Below are positions 19,578-30,170 of a stretch of DNA of 64,000 nt, piece by piece. The position numbers were made by a program, and so were the translations under genes. Where the stretch lies: assembly GCA_963813815.1 (NCBI GenBank), contig CAWFAD010000005.1:32001-96000 (forward strand), given 5' to 3'. Each line of letters begins with the position of its first letter. Within the stretch, counting starts at the first letter, position 1. Under the pieces are notes generated by a model. That model saw only the letters and a program-made list of their open reading frames with translations, did no database searches and was not told the origin of the DNA. Source of the stretch: an uncultured bacterium. GTDB taxonomy: Bacteria; Krumholzibacteriota; Krumholzibacteriia; Krumholzibacteriales; Krumholzibacteriaceae.

Positions 19578-19797
19578 TCTATCGCCCGTCCTCCGATGTC
19601 GAGATCGCGTTCGAGCGTCCTTGGTTCGATGGAGCCGCCTCAGGTTTCCCTTGAAAGATGCATGCCAGAACAAGTTCTATCCACTCGACATCCGCGCGGG
19701 GGATGTGATATAATAACAGCATTGGAAGCAATTCGTTGCTTGAAGCGTTTATAAATCGGCATTAAGTAGCTAGTATAACATCATGGGAGGAAATAAG

Positions 19798-20193
19798 ATG
19801 CGCAAGGCTACTTACGCTGTTTCGATTTTCACCGTCGCGGCCATGCTTCTTTTTGCGACAACCGCCGCATTTGCGGCGCCCGCCGCGGTGAAAAAGAGCG
19901 TCCAGAAGCTCGAGAACGGCAACTACCTCATCAAGCTCGTCGTCACGGCGGAGAGAGGCGAGCTGTACGCCTTCGAGCTCAAGGATCCGCAGAGCGCCAT
20001 CATCGACGTCTACGCGCCGAAGAGCTGGTGCATGCTCACCGACGGCGCCGCGCTCCTCTCGCGCACGGAGTCGGCTCCGATCGACGCCAAGAGAGGCCTC
20101 GAGTTCATCATCCACGCGACGAGCCCCGACGCGCAGTTCGTCTGGACGTTCTTCGACCGCGTGAAGCAGATCGGCGCTCCCGAAGTTCTCTAG
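19798..20193 (+). CDS. Hypothetical secreted protein
   Basis: GGAGG RBS, signal peptide ending AFA, genome-typical codon use. Confidence 0.7.
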   Translation: MRKATYAVSIFTVAAMLLFATTAAFAAPAAVKKSVQKLENGNYLIKLVVTAERGELYAFELKDPQSAIIDVYAPKSWCMLTDGAALLSRTESAPIDAKRGLEFIIHATSPDAQFVWTFFDRVKQIGAPEVL

Positions 20194-20284
20194 GCTTCGC
20201 GCCACGGCATTGACATCACCCGGGGCGATCCTCTCACACGTGAGGATGGATCTCCTCGGGTGATTCTTTTTGCGGGGGACCATT

Positions 20285-21757
20285 TCAATCCATGCTGTAT
20301 TGGCCGACATCGACGTCGCGCACCGGATTGTCGAGTATGCCGACGATGCGGCGCAGGGGCTTCTTGGTGAGGGGGTCCAGCTCTCCGAGATCGATCACGA
20401 TCTCGTCGCCGACCGCTTCGCCGGATGGGCTCGTCAAGAGTCGAACGCGCGCGATCTCCTTGCCCGGCGCGCCGAATTCGACCACGACGGCGGTCTCGCC
20501 GGTCGAGAGCTTCAGCACGCTCCCGATCGGAATGTTCCCGAGCATGCGCAGGAATACGTTGAAGAAATCCCGGTGGAACTCGGTCCCGCTCCCCTTCGCC
20601 ATCAGCTTGATGGCCTCGTACGGATTGAGCTGCCGGCGGTACGGGCGTCTCGTCGTGAGCGCGTCGTAGGTATCGGCGATGCGGACGATCTCGCTTCCCT
20701 TGTGCGCCGTGAATCCGGGCTTCGGTTTGGGATAGCCCACGTAGTCGTGCCGCATATGATGCTCGTAGGCGACGCGCCGGCAGAGAAGGTCGAATCCCTC
20801 CTCCCTCAATATGCGCTCGCCGTCGACGGGATGCCGCTTCATTGCCTGCCATTCGCTCGGCGTCAGGCGCCCCGTTTTCCGGATAATCTCGAGCGGCACG
20901 TAAAGCTTTCCGATGTCGTGCATGAGCGCCGCATGCGCGATACCGTCGATGAAACCCTCGGAGAACCCGAGCGCGCTCGATATCGCCGCCGCTATGACGG
21001 CCACGTTGATCGAATGCGTGAAGGTGTAGTCGTCGAACTCTCTCAGCGAGTTGAGGAGCAGGATGGTCGCCGTGTCGCGCCCCTCCCGCTCGATGACGCC
21101 CATGATCGCCTCGCCGGCATTCGCCCCGTCCTTCGACTGGAGCTTTTCGAGCCGCTGGAGAATGCCGTGAACGACCTTCCCCATGGCCCCGCCGCCCGCT
21201 CCGCCCGCCGCTCCATCGCGCTCTTCGTTCAGCACGAGGTCGCGTCCGGCCGGAACGAGAGAGCGCTCGGGCGCGATGTCCGCCGCCGCAGACCGGTTCC
21301 GCACGCGGATGCTGCGAACCTGCGCGCCGAGCGTCGCGAAATCGGCCCCGGCGACGCCGCAAGGAGGCGCCGCGAGCAGCCGCGCGAAGCACGCGAGCTC
21401 TTCGGACGTCGTTTCCCGCTGAAACTCGATCTCGCCGATAGCGTGCCTCGTGAGCGACTCGCGCAGGAGAAGAGCGGCCTGATCGTGCGTCTCCCGCAGG
21501 TCGACCACGAAATTGAGGCAATGAAGGGATTTTCCCGAAAAGAAAAGCTGCACGGATTTGCGGCGCTCGAGAAGCACGCCGAGATGCAGGTGGGCCTGCT
21601 TGAGCGCTTTTTTCACGGACGGATGCCCGGCCGGAAACAGGCGCGACTGCAGAACGAGCTGCGCGAGGGAACTGATCGACTCGCGTAGCTGCTGAAACTC
21701 GAGCGGCAATGCCTCCAATACTGCCTGCATCGACCCTCTCTTGCGCGGACGATTCAA
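20285..21757 (-). CDS. HD-GYP domain phosphohydrolase
   Basis: YTFTHS, HDIGK, HPVDG, EHH..GYP, IADTYDALTTRRPY. Confidence 0.88.
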   Translation of the reverse strand: MNRPRKRGSMQAVLEALPLEFQQLRESISSLAQLVLQSRLFPAGHPSVKKALKQAHLHLGVLLERRKSVQLFFSGKSLHCLNFVVDLRETHDQAALLLRESLTRHAIGEIEFQRETTSEELACFARLLAAPPCGVAGADFATLGAQVRSIRVRNRSAAADIAPERSLVPAGRDLVLNEERDGAAGGAGGGAMGKVVHGILQRLEKLQSKDGANAGEAIMGVIEREGRDTATILLLNSLREFDDYTFTHSINVAVIAAAISSALGFSEGFIDGIAHAALMHDIGKLYVPLEIIRKTGRLTPSEWQAMKRHPVDGERILREEGFDLLCRRVAYEHHMRHDYVGYPKPKPGFTAHKGSEIVRIADTYDALTTRRPYRRQLNPYEAIKLMAKGSGTEFHRDFFNVFLRMLGNIPIGSVLKLSTGETAVVVEFGAPGKEIARVRLLTSPSGEAVGDEIVIDLGELDPLTKKPLRRIVGILDNPVRDVDVGQYSMD

Positions 21758-21844
21758 TCAGTAAACGGAATAACCCGTTGCCATTAAATGCAAATATCAT
21801 ACCTATAGGACGGCCCCCGGCCCCTTGTCGTCCACGAAACGACG

Positions 21845-23926
21845 TTGATTCCGGGGAAGCGCCGCCGTAAGATGTCCGTCATGACGACCTCGTCGCGCAA
21901 AATCACGAGTATGCTCCGCGGCTCGGGCCCGGCAATCGCCCTGCTCGCTTTCCTTCTCTCCTCTTGCGCGTTGCATCCAGAACGGAGGCAAGTCGTTGAG
22001 GAAGCAGATTTTATCGAGCAGATACCGCAGGCGGAGCGAGTCGATCTCGCCGAGCGCATAGCGGCGCTCTCCGGGGAAATCGAGCTCGATTTCAAAAACG
22101 CCGAGCTCCATCGCCGCCTCGCGGTTCTTTATCGGCTGCAAGGTACCCCCCGCAGCCGTCTTCTCTCCTTGGAGGAAATCGACCGGGCGATCATGCTCGA
22201 TCCGGGGAACGCAGTCTACCGGGTCGAAAAGGGCCTCACCCTCGCCGCCCGCCGATTCGCGGGCGAAGCGGAAGCGGCCTTCCTCGAAGCGACGCGGCTC
22301 GATCCGCGATGCTCGGCGGCGTGGTTCCAGCTCGGCCGCCTCGAGCGCGACGAGTACCTCGCCACGATGTGCTATCCGGATCATCTCGCGAAGGCGATCG
22401 AGCATTTCGGCAAGGCCCTGCAGCGCAACCGCAAGGATGAGGAAACGCTTCTCAATCTGGCGTTCCTCCATTCGCTCCGTCAGATGCACCGGACGGGCTT
22501 GCAGCACGCCACCCGCGCCGCCGCATACCATCCGCGGAGCGCCCGCGCACGTCTGCTCGCCGGGATGCTCCTCACGAAGCTCATGCGATTCGGAGCGGCC
22601 GACTCATCGTTCGCGAGCGCCTTTCTCCTCATGAGCGAGGAAGAGCGCAAGCCGTACGAGAACATCGCTCCGCTCCTTTCGGACGAGGAGCGCGAGCTCT
22701 ACCTTTCGTCCCTCCCGGCGAAGCGCGAGGACTGGAACCGCCGATTCTGGGCCGAAGCGGATCCGACGCCGGCGACCGAGGCCAACGAGCGGCTGCTCGA
22801 GCACTACAGCCGCGTCGTCATCGCCGACTGGGCGCTGTCGAACGAGCGGATGGATCTCGTCGGGTCGCAATCCGACCGCGGCGCCGCGCTCATCCGCTTC
22901 GGGGTGCCCGACCGGAAGTACCACGATCTCGGCTCGGGCACGTCCGGCGCATGGGTCGTTTGGGGCTATAACCTGCCCGGCGGCGCCATGCTCCTGTATT
23001 TCAACGACGAGTTTCTGAACGGCGACTACCATTTCCCCATCAGCGACTATTACGGCGCCGTTTCGCGCCGGATGCTCGAGACGGCCCCCCAGCGGTACGA
23101 ATATCCGATCGCCTACGCCGCGTTTCCGATCGGCGTCGAGATGGCGGAGCTCCGCGGCTCGGATGAGCGGACGCGCATAGAGTTTTCGCTGGCGATCCCC
23201 GATTCGACGAGGACGGGCGGCGGGAGATGGAACCTCTTTCTCACGCTCTTCGACTCCGAGTGGAACCGCTTCTCGCGCGACCGCTTGACGTTTCGCTCCG
23301 ACAGTCTCGTGCGGATCGAAAAACCGGGCGGCGCTTACTTCGTTTACTCCGCCGCGATCGAGACGCTGCCGCGCGAGCTCGGCGGCACCTGCGTTCTCGA
23401 GCTCGTCGACGACGCGAGCCGAAAGAAGGCCGTGCGCCGCTATCCGCTCGCGCTGCGCTCCCTGCACGGCCGTTCCCTCAAGATCTCGGACATCAAGTTC
23501 ACGATGCCCGCGGGGGGCGCCTGCGGGAGCGTCGTCGACCCGCTGTCCCTCTATTTTCGGAAGGACTCCCTCTGCCTCTCCTACGAAGTGTACAACCTCG
23601 AGCCCGGCGCGGACGGAATGTCTCGCTATCGCATCACGTACGCCATCCAGAAGCCCGGCCCGGAAGAGGGCGACTCTCGGGCGAGCCCGCGGCGCACGCT
23701 ATCCTACATGTGGCGCGGAATACGCGGGGGAAAGGATGACGAGAAACCATACGTGAAGAGCAGCTTCGAGCAGCGCACGAACGCCACCGTCGTCGTCGAC
23801 CGTCTTCGCATCGACCTCGGCTCGCTCGATCCGGGAGCCTATCTCCTCGTTTTGCTCGTCGAGGATCTCGAAACGGGGCAGTCGGCCGGCGGGAGCAGGA
23901 GATTCACCATCAGCGACTCAAGCTGA
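21845..23926 (+). CDS. TPR + GWxTD-like domain lipoprotein
   Basis: Lipobox-like LSSC; TPRs; FWAEADPTPAT..NERL.EHYSR..GSQSDRG...RFGVPD; start uncertain. Confidence 0.7.
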   Translation: MIPGKRRRKMSVMTTSSRKITSMLRGSGPAIALLAFLLSSCALHPERRQVVEEADFIEQIPQAERVDLAERIAALSGEIELDFKNAELHRRLAVLYRLQGTPRSRLLSLEEIDRAIMLDPGNAVYRVEKGLTLAARRFAGEAEAAFLEATRLDPRCSAAWFQLGRLERDEYLATMCYPDHLAKAIEHFGKALQRNRKDEETLLNLAFLHSLRQMHRTGLQHATRAAAYHPRSARARLLAGMLLTKLMRFGAADSSFASAFLLMSEEERKPYENIAPLLSDEERELYLSSLPAKREDWNRRFWAEADPTPATEANERLLEHYSRVVIADWALSNERMDLVGSQSDRGAALIRFGVPDRKYHDLGSGTSGAWVVWGYNLPGGAMLLYFNDEFLNGDYHFPISDYYGAVSRRMLETAPQRYEYPIAYAAFPIGVEMAELRGSDERTRIEFSLAIPDSTRTGGGRWNLFLTLFDSEWNRFSRDRLTFRSDSLVRIEKPGGAYFVYSAAIETLPRELGGTCVLELVDDASRKKAVRRYPLALRSLHGRSLKISDIKFTMPAGGACGSVVDPLSLYFRKDSLCLSYEVYNLEPGADGMSRYRITYAIQKPGPEEGDSRASPRRTLSYMWRGIRGGKDDEKPYVKSSFEQRTNATVVVDRLRIDLGSLDPGAYLLVLLVEDLETGQSAGGSRRFTISDSS

Positions 23927-24326
23927 ACGGAACGCGCACGAAGGGAATCGGCTTTCCGCTGTCGGAGTCGGTCGACGCCTCTTCCTCTTCGCCCGGATCA
24001 ATCATCATGTACACCAGGTAGCCGACGGCAGCCGCCACGATGGCGACCATGACGACTTCCTTGTAGATCCCCGGTCCCTCTTCTTCCTCGAGCTCGACGT
24101 CGAACGTTTCCACGCTGTCCTGGCCCGAGGCGGAGAAGAGCGCCGGGGCTCCGCCCAGAGCCTCATCCGCTCCGGAGACGAGCTCGAGCCGCGGGGCGCT
24201 GCCCGCGGCCGGCCCGAGGATCCCGCTCGAGTCGAACACGCTCTCGCTCCGCGAGGGCGAGGTCCACAGCAGCGACCAGGCGAGCATCGAGACGAGGGCG
24301 ACCGGCGTACCTATTCTCTTTCGCAT
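23910..24326 (-). CDS. Hypothetical protein (signal peptide plus one TM helix, acidic)
   Basis: N-terminal hydrophobic segment and a VVMVAIVAAAVGYLVYMMI helix; follows the nitroreductase. Confidence 0.6.
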   Translation of the reverse strand: MRKRIGTPVALVSMLAWSLLWTSPSRSESVFDSSGILGPAAGSAPRLELVSGADEALGGAPALFSASGQDSVETFDVELEEEEGPGIYKEVVMVAIVAAAVGYLVYMMIDPGEEEEASTDSDSGKPIPFVRVPFSLSR

Positions 24327-24332
24327 GCTCCA

Positions 24333-24875
24333 TCACTTCCACAAATCGGTTTCGGTTTTGTCCCAGCGGTCGTACCTGAGAATATCCTCGAGCGCCTTGC
24401 GCGGCCGCACGACGCGTTCGCCGGAGGGATACCCTATCGGCGTGAGGGCGACGATCTTTTGGTCGTCGGGAACGCCGAGAACGGCGCGCACCTCTTCCTC
24501 GAGAAAGGCGCCGATCCAGCACGTGCCGAGCCCCTCGGCCGAGGCCGCGAGCATGAGATGCTCAAAGGCTATGCCGATGTCGACCGGCAGGCTGTTCCAG
24601 TACCCGCCCATCTTCTGATACGCCATATCTTCGCGCCCGCACGCGGCGACGACGACCGGCGCCTCGGCGATGAAGCTCTGGCCCTTGCACGCCGGAACGA
24701 GCCGCAGCTTCGTCTCGCGATCCGTCACGACGACAAAGGTCCACGGCTGCCCGTTCTTTCCCGAGGGCGCGAGTCGGGCCGCATCGAGAACGCGGCGCAG
24801 CTTGTCCGGCTCAACGGGATCGGACCGGTAAGCGCGCACGCTCGTCCGAAGTGTGATTGCGTCATAGATGTCCAT
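24333..24875 (-). CDS. Nitroreductase family protein
   Basis: RTSVRAY, APSGKNGQPW, GLGTCWIG, PIGYP. Confidence 0.9.
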   Translation of the reverse strand: MDIYDAITLRTSVRAYRSDPVEPDKLRRVLDAARLAPSGKNGQPWTFVVVTDRETKLRLVPACKGQSFIAEAPVVVAACGREDMAYQKMGGYWNSLPVDIGIAFEHLMLAASAEGLGTCWIGAFLEEEVRAVLGVPDDQKIVALTPIGYPSGERVVRPRKALEDILRYDRWDKTETDLWK

Positions 24876-25086
24876 CGAGCCTCCTCGGTTCCACCCGCTC
24901 GCATGTAAATATAGTATGCCGGGCGTCGAAATTCCACGATAACCCTTCCGCCGGGCGCGGGTTCGGCGCGCGTTCTTGCATTCTCCCCCCCGCCGACCGT
25001 ATACTGAAACCGGAGGGCGGCGGCAGCGCGCGTCCCCCGGGGACATCGATCGCCGAGGCGCCGCCTTCCGGCGCGAGGAATTCTTT

Positions 25087-25737
25087 ATGCATGCCGACGA
25101 AAACGGTCCGTTCCCGAAGCGGCGGCGCAGCAACCGCCAGTGGGCGCTCATCGTGTTGTGCGCGCTTCTGTTCCATGCGGCGCTTCTCCTTTTCTTCAGG
25201 CCGCAGTACCTCACGTTCCTGCGCCGGGATATCCCTGAGGGCCAAGAGGAATGGGGCCGATTCCCGTACCTCGACAACCCGTTTCAGGTCATTCCCACGA
25301 TGCCGGCGAACCCCTCCTCTCCCCTTCATCCCTCGATTCCCCTCGACCCCCGCGAAACGGGGGACGAGGAGCCCGCGGATTTCGTCATCGGAGAGCCGCA
25401 GAGCGATATGCCTCCGCTGCAGCGCCCGGCGGGAGGCGCCGGCGCCGCCGGCCGCCCCGCCGCGCGCGCGACGACCGTGCAGCCGAAGCCGCTCTACATC
25501 CCGTGGCCCACCTATCCGAGGGGAGTGAAGGAAACTCAGGGAAGCGTCGAGCTGCTCGTTCTCGTGAACGAGCGGGGGGAAGTCGAGGAAGTCACCGTCG
25601 CCAAGAGCCTCCCCGAGCGCGAGCTCAACCGGATCGCCGTCGATGCGGCCCGCAGGATCCGCTTCATTCCCGGAATGGAGCGCGGGGTGCGAGCCTCCAT
25701 GTGGGTCCGCCTCTCCATCGGCTTTCAACCCCGGTAG
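25087..25737 (+). CDS. TonB family protein
   Basis: N-terminal TM with His (LFHAALL), Pro-rich linker, PTYP..QGSV..VNERGEV..RFIPG. Confidence 0.8.
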   Translation: MHADENGPFPKRRRSNRQWALIVLCALLFHAALLLFFRPQYLTFLRRDIPEGQEEWGRFPYLDNPFQVIPTMPANPSSPLHPSIPLDPRETGDEEPADFVIGEPQSDMPPLQRPAGGAGAAGRPAARATTVQPKPLYIPWPTYPRGVKETQGSVELLVLVNERGEVEEVTVAKSLPERELNRIAVDAARRIRFIPGMERGVRASMWVRLSIGFQPR

Positions 25738-25798
25738 AGCCGGTTCCGGCTCCGCCGCGAAGCGCCGTCGCCCCGCTTGCGCGGGCGAGCAGGGCTCC

Positions 25799-26572
25799 TC
25801 ACCACACTTCGCGGCGCGCGTAGACGTCGAAGACGCGGATCGAATAATCGGCGAACTCCCCGATCACCTCGGGATATCCGTCGCTGTTCATGTCCGCCAC
25901 GGCTATCCGATCCCCGAACGGCTTGTCCCATTCGACCTCGACGTTGAGAAAGCGAGAGTCGAGGATAATGCCGCTGTTGAGTATGATCTCGAGCTGCGGG
26001 TCCTTGTCGACGTTCTCGATCAGGATCTCGCCGGCGGTGAAGCTCCGCGAGCTCACCCATTGCCTGCTCTTCGTAAGGCCGTCGTAAATCTGAAGGCGGC
26101 CATCGGCGAGGAAGACGAGCTCGAGCTGGGGATCGGAATCCACGTTCGCGACGTCGATCGCGTCGATGCTCTGATAGCGATCCTCGAGGTTCTCCCAGAG
26201 ATTGACGTAGCTCTCCATGCTGTAGGTGAGCAACCGGCCGCTCGTCGTCGCGACGACGAACTCCATCGTTCCGTCCGCCTCGAGGTCGCAGAAAAAGAAC
26301 CTGCGCACTTTAGCGCTAAGGTTCGTGACCTCCCATTCGAGCTTCCACCCGCGCTCGGTGGCGCGCAGCAGATGCAGCTTTCCGTAGGTATCGGCGTACA
26401 TGACGCCCCACGCGTCCACGGTATCGAGCGCCACGACCTGCACGAGCGGGAATCGGCAACAGAGCCGCTCCACGCCGCGAAAATCGACGGCCGTCTCCTC
26501 CGCGCCGGCCGCGCAGGAGACGAGCGCGCCCGCTCCCGCGAGAATCGAAACAACGAGGGTTCGGAACAACAT
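25799..26572 (-). CDS. Secreted FG-GAP/VCBS-like repeat protein
   Basis: Repeats DLEADG..E, NVDSDPQLE, NVDKDPQLE, DMNSDGYPE. Confidence 0.7.
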   Translation of the reverse strand: MLFRTLVVSILAGAGALVSCAAGAEETAVDFRGVERLCCRFPLVQVVALDTVDAWGVMYADTYGKLHLLRATERGWKLEWEVTNLSAKVRRFFFCDLEADGTMEFVVATTSGRLLTYSMESYVNLWENLEDRYQSIDAIDVANVDSDPQLELVFLADGRLQIYDGLTKSRQWVSSRSFTAGEILIENVDKDPQLEIILNSGIILDSRFLNVEVEWDKPFGDRIAVADMNSDGYPEVIGEFADYSIRVFDVYARREVW

Positions 26573-26585
26573 CCCCCTGCTCCTT

Positions 26586-28307
26586 TCACCGTGTGCCGCT
26601 ATCGACGATATCGACGCCCGCGGCGGCGCCCCCGCCCCGGGGATCGCTCACGCCGCACGGACAGGCGCCGCCCATGTGTATCGCCTGCACGTCCCCGATC
26701 GAATCGGATCGCTCATCGATGGAGTGCCCCCGGTCCTCGAGGCGGCGGCGAAGGCGCTCCGTGAGAATTCCGGGCTCGAACCGGATGGCGTCCGGAAGCC
26801 ATTGGTGATGAAAACGGGGCGCCGCCACCGCCTCCTCGAGGGTCATCCCGAAATCCACGATATCGACGATGACCTGCGCGACGGTCGTGATGATGGTCGA
26901 TCCCCCGGGCGTTCCGAGAACGAGCACGGGCTTCCCCTCGCGCAGCACGATCGTCGGCGCCATGGAGCTCAGCATTCTCTTCCCCGGCTCGATCGCGTTC
27001 GCCTCGCCTCCGACGAGCCCGTAGAGATTCGGCGCACCCGCCTTGACCGAGAAATCGTCCATCTCGTTGTTGAGAAGAAAGCCCGCTCCCTCCACCATGA
27101 ACCGCGAGCCGTAGCTGTCGTTCAGGGTGACGGTCGTCGCGACGGCGTTTCCTCGTTTGTCGACGACGCTGTAGTGCGTCGTTTCGCGCTTTTCCCGGCC
27201 GGCCGCATCCGCCCCCGCGACGCTCGACGAACTCGACGCCCGCGGCGCAATCGTCCGGGCGAGCTCCCCGGCGTAGTCCTTCGAGGTGAGAAGCGCGCTC
27301 ATGTCCTCCACGAAGTCGGGATCGCCGAGATAACGGGCGCGGTCGGCGAACCCGCGCCGCTCCGCCTCGACCGTGACATGTATCGCCTCCTCCGAGAAGG
27401 CGTTCATGGCCCCGAGGTCGAATCGCTCGAGCACATTGAGGATCTCGATGAGAATCGCGCCCCCCGAGCTCGGCGGCGGCGCGGAGATGATTTCGAAACC
27501 GCGGTAGTCCCCCCGCACCGGCGCTCGCTCCGCGGTCGCATAGGCGGCGAGATCTTCCTTCGAGATGATTCCTCCGCCGTCGCGCGTCCCCGCGACGATG
27601 AGATCGGCGATCGGCCCGTCGTAAAACCCACGCGGGCCGTCGCGCGCGATGATTTCGAGCGTTCCCGCGAGCTCCGGCTGGACGAGCGTGTCGCCCGGCG
27701 CGAGCGCCGACCCGTCGGGCCTCCTGAATCGCCGCAGCCCCGGATAGCGTTCGATATACGGCTCGAGCCGCTCGAGGGACGCCGCGAGCCGCGCGCTCAC
27801 GGGGAAGCCGCCGCGCGCGAGCGCGACGGCGGGCGCGAGGAGATCCGCCCATGGCAGCGTGCCGTGCAGCTCGTGAGCGCGATGCAGACCCGACACCGAG
27901 CCCGGCACGCCCGCGGCCAGCGCCCCGAGGAGGCTCAGATTCTCGATGATCTCCCCCCGCTCGTCGAGATACATGTCCCGGCGCGCGGCGAGCGGCGCCC
28001 TCTCGCGAAAATCGAGAAAGGTCGTTCGACCCGACCCGAGCCGCACGAGCATGAATCCCCCGCCCCCGATGTTCCCCGCCTGCGGATAGGTTACCGCGAG
28101 CGCGAAACCGACCGCCACGGCGGCGTCCACCGCGTTTCCGCCTCTCTCGAGGATCCCCGCTCCGACGGCGGAGGCGATCGGACACGCGCTCGCCACGATC
28201 CCTCCGCGCGCGCAGACCTCTGCGGCGCGGGCCGCCGGCGCGAAGGCGAGCGCGAGCGCGAGGGACAGGGCGACACGGACCGCGATTGACGCTGATAACC
28301 GGAACAC
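26586..28307 (-). CDS. ggt: Gamma-glutamyltransferase
   Basis: GGNAVDAA, GNIGGGGF, DFRERAP, ETTHYS autocleavage Thr, NNEMDDF, SSMAPT, GTPGG; GTG start inferred. Confidence 0.93.
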   Translation of the reverse strand: MFRLSASIAVRVALSLALALAFAPAARAAEVCARGGIVASACPIASAVGAGILERGGNAVDAAVAVGFALAVTYPQAGNIGGGGFMLVRLGSGRTTFLDFRERAPLAARRDMYLDERGEIIENLSLLGALAAGVPGSVSGLHRAHELHGTLPWADLLAPAVALARGGFPVSARLAASLERLEPYIERYPGLRRFRRPDGSALAPGDTLVQPELAGTLEIIARDGPRGFYDGPIADLIVAGTRDGGGIISKEDLAAYATAERAPVRGDYRGFEIISAPPPSSGGAILIEILNVLERFDLGAMNAFSEEAIHVTVEAERRGFADRARYLGDPDFVEDMSALLTSKDYAGELARTIAPRASSSSSVAGADAAGREKRETTHYSVVDKRGNAVATTVTLNDSYGSRFMVEGAGFLLNNEMDDFSVKAGAPNLYGLVGGEANAIEPGKRMLSSMAPTIVLREGKPVLVLGTPGGSTIITTVAQVIVDIVDFGMTLEEAVAAPRFHHQWLPDAIRFEPGILTERLRRRLEDRGHSIDERSDSIGDVQAIHMGGACPCGVSDPRGGGAAAGVDIVDSGTR

Positions 28308-28426
28308 TCTTGAACCCTTTGCGGTTAGGCCGCGGGTCAGTAAAACAGGGGATGGATACTGAACAATTCTACCAGCGCCGCGCTCCCCTGTAAATCCTGA
28401 AATGCGAGCCCCCGTTCGATTCCCCC

Positions 28427-28455
28427 TTGACCGCCCCCCGCGTTTCATCTAAAAT
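28427..28455 (+). promoter_or_regulatory. Putative sigma70 promoter
   Basis: TTGACC-17nt-TAAAAT upstream of the transglutaminase-like gene. Confidence 0.5.
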
Positions 28456-28530
28456 CCCCAGTCGCAGCCCCCGACAAAGCGCCAGAGCGAACATCAACGT
28501 GGTATAATCATGGAAACGGCGGTAAACAAC

Positions 28531-30117
28531 ATGAGAAAGCTCGTCCTCGCCCTCATCGCGATTGCGCTCCTCCCCTCGCTCGGCCTCGCGGCGCCGGGGG
28601 ACGTCGAAAAGAAAATCCCCCTCCCCCTCCACCACCCGACCGGGATCGCATGGGACGGGACGTGCATCTGGGTCGCGGATCGAAAAGCCGACAGATTCTA
28701 CCGGCTCGATCCCGCGACCGGCGCGGTCCGGGACTCGATCGAATCCCCCGGCTATTTCCCCTCGGGCCTCGCCTGGGACGGAAAGCTCCTCTGGAGCACC
28801 GATCCGGCGGAGCAGAAGATCTACGCCACGGACACGGCCTCGGGACGAACGGTCGCGACCCTCGACGCCCCCTCCTCCGGAGTCACGGGCATCGCCGCGG
28901 AAGGGGCCTATCTCTGGATCTGCGACAACGCGGACGATCGCATCTCGAAAATCGATCCCGGCGACGGAACGACGATCCACTCGTTCCGCGCTCCGTCGGG
29001 CGATCCGCGCGGCCTCGTCTTCGGCGGCGGCTATCTGTGGTGCTCCGATCGAATCAAGGATCAGATCTACATGATCGATCCCCGCAACGGCCACGTCGTC
29101 CTCATCATGGACGCGCCCGGCAAGTACGCCTGGGGCCTCGCCTGGAGCGACGGCCGTTTGCTCTGCGCCGACTATCAAGACGACGCCGTCTACGCCCTCG
29201 TCGTCAGGGACGGCGATCTTTACCGGACGTACGACGCCCGGCGCGCCTCGATCGATTTCACGACTGAAATTTCGATCTCGGGGGAAGGATCGGTCGCGTC
29301 CCTCGATCTTTTTTACGCGGTTCCGCCGGAGCGGCCGAACCAAAAGCTCCTCTCGCCCATCGAGTACACGAGCGTCCCGACGGCCATCGAGAAGGACCGA
29401 TGGGGGCAGGAGGTCGCCGTGTTCCGCTTCACCGGCCTCGCGCCGTCGCGGACGACGGAGATCGGCATGCGCCTGCGTCTCGAAACGTCGGCGATCCGCT
29501 ATTTCATCTACCCCGACAAGGTCGGCGCGGAGATCCCGGCGGAGATCAAGAAGCGCTATCTCGCCGACGACATGAAGTACGACGTCGGCAACCCGTACAT
29601 CCGACGGATCGTCGATGAGACCGTCGGCGCGGAAAAGAATATGTACTGGAAGGCGCGGCTCCTCTATCAGTACGTCATCGACCATATGGAATACCTCCTC
29701 GCCGGCGGCTGGAACACCGCGCCGACCGTTCTCAAGCGGGGCAACGGCTCCTGCTCCGAGTATACCTTCAGCTACATCGCGCTCTGCCGCGCCGCCGGCA
29801 TTCCGGCGCGCTACGTCGGATCGCTCGTCGTTCGCGGCGATGACGCGAGCTACGACGATGTGTTTCACCGCTGGTGCGAGATTTATCTCCCCGGCTACGG
29901 CTGGGTGCCCGTCGACGCCAACGCGGGAGACCGGGAATCCCCCGCGGATCAGGCGGCGGCCTTCGGCGGCATCGCGAACCGCTTTCTCGTCACGACCGAG
30001 GGAGGCGGGTCCTCCGAGTACCTCGATTGGAACTACAACGCTCAAGCCAGATGGGAGACCGTCGGTAAATGTCGCGTCCGGATCGAGAGCATTGCCGAAT
30101 GGGAACCGCTGCCATGA
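28531..30117 (+). CDS. Secreted beta-propeller + transglutaminase-like domain protein
   Basis: Signal peptide; repeats P.G.AWDG..W..D; triad motifs GSCSEY, FHRWCE, GWVPVD. Confidence 0.85.
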   Translation: MRKLVLALIAIALLPSLGLAAPGDVEKKIPLPLHHPTGIAWDGTCIWVADRKADRFYRLDPATGAVRDSIESPGYFPSGLAWDGKLLWSTDPAEQKIYATDTASGRTVATLDAPSSGVTGIAAEGAYLWICDNADDRISKIDPGDGTTIHSFRAPSGDPRGLVFGGGYLWCSDRIKDQIYMIDPRNGHVVLIMDAPGKYAWGLAWSDGRLLCADYQDDAVYALVVRDGDLYRTYDARRASIDFTTEISISGEGSVASLDLFYAVPPERPNQKLLSPIEYTSVPTAIEKDRWGQEVAVFRFTGLAPSRTTEIGMRLRLETSAIRYFIYPDKVGAEIPAEIKKRYLADDMKYDVGNPYIRRIVDETVGAEKNMYWKARLLYQYVIDHMEYLLAGGWNTAPTVLKRGNGSCSEYTFSYIALCRAAGIPARYVGSLVVRGDDASYDDVFHRWCEIYLPGYGWVPVDANAGDRESPADQAAAFGGIANRFLVTTEGGGSSEYLDWNYNAQARWETVGKCRVRIESIAEWEPLP

Positions 30118-30170
30118 CGGCGATCTGACTCGTCCGGCGGCATCGCGACTCTGGAAGGAGGTTGGTTCCG

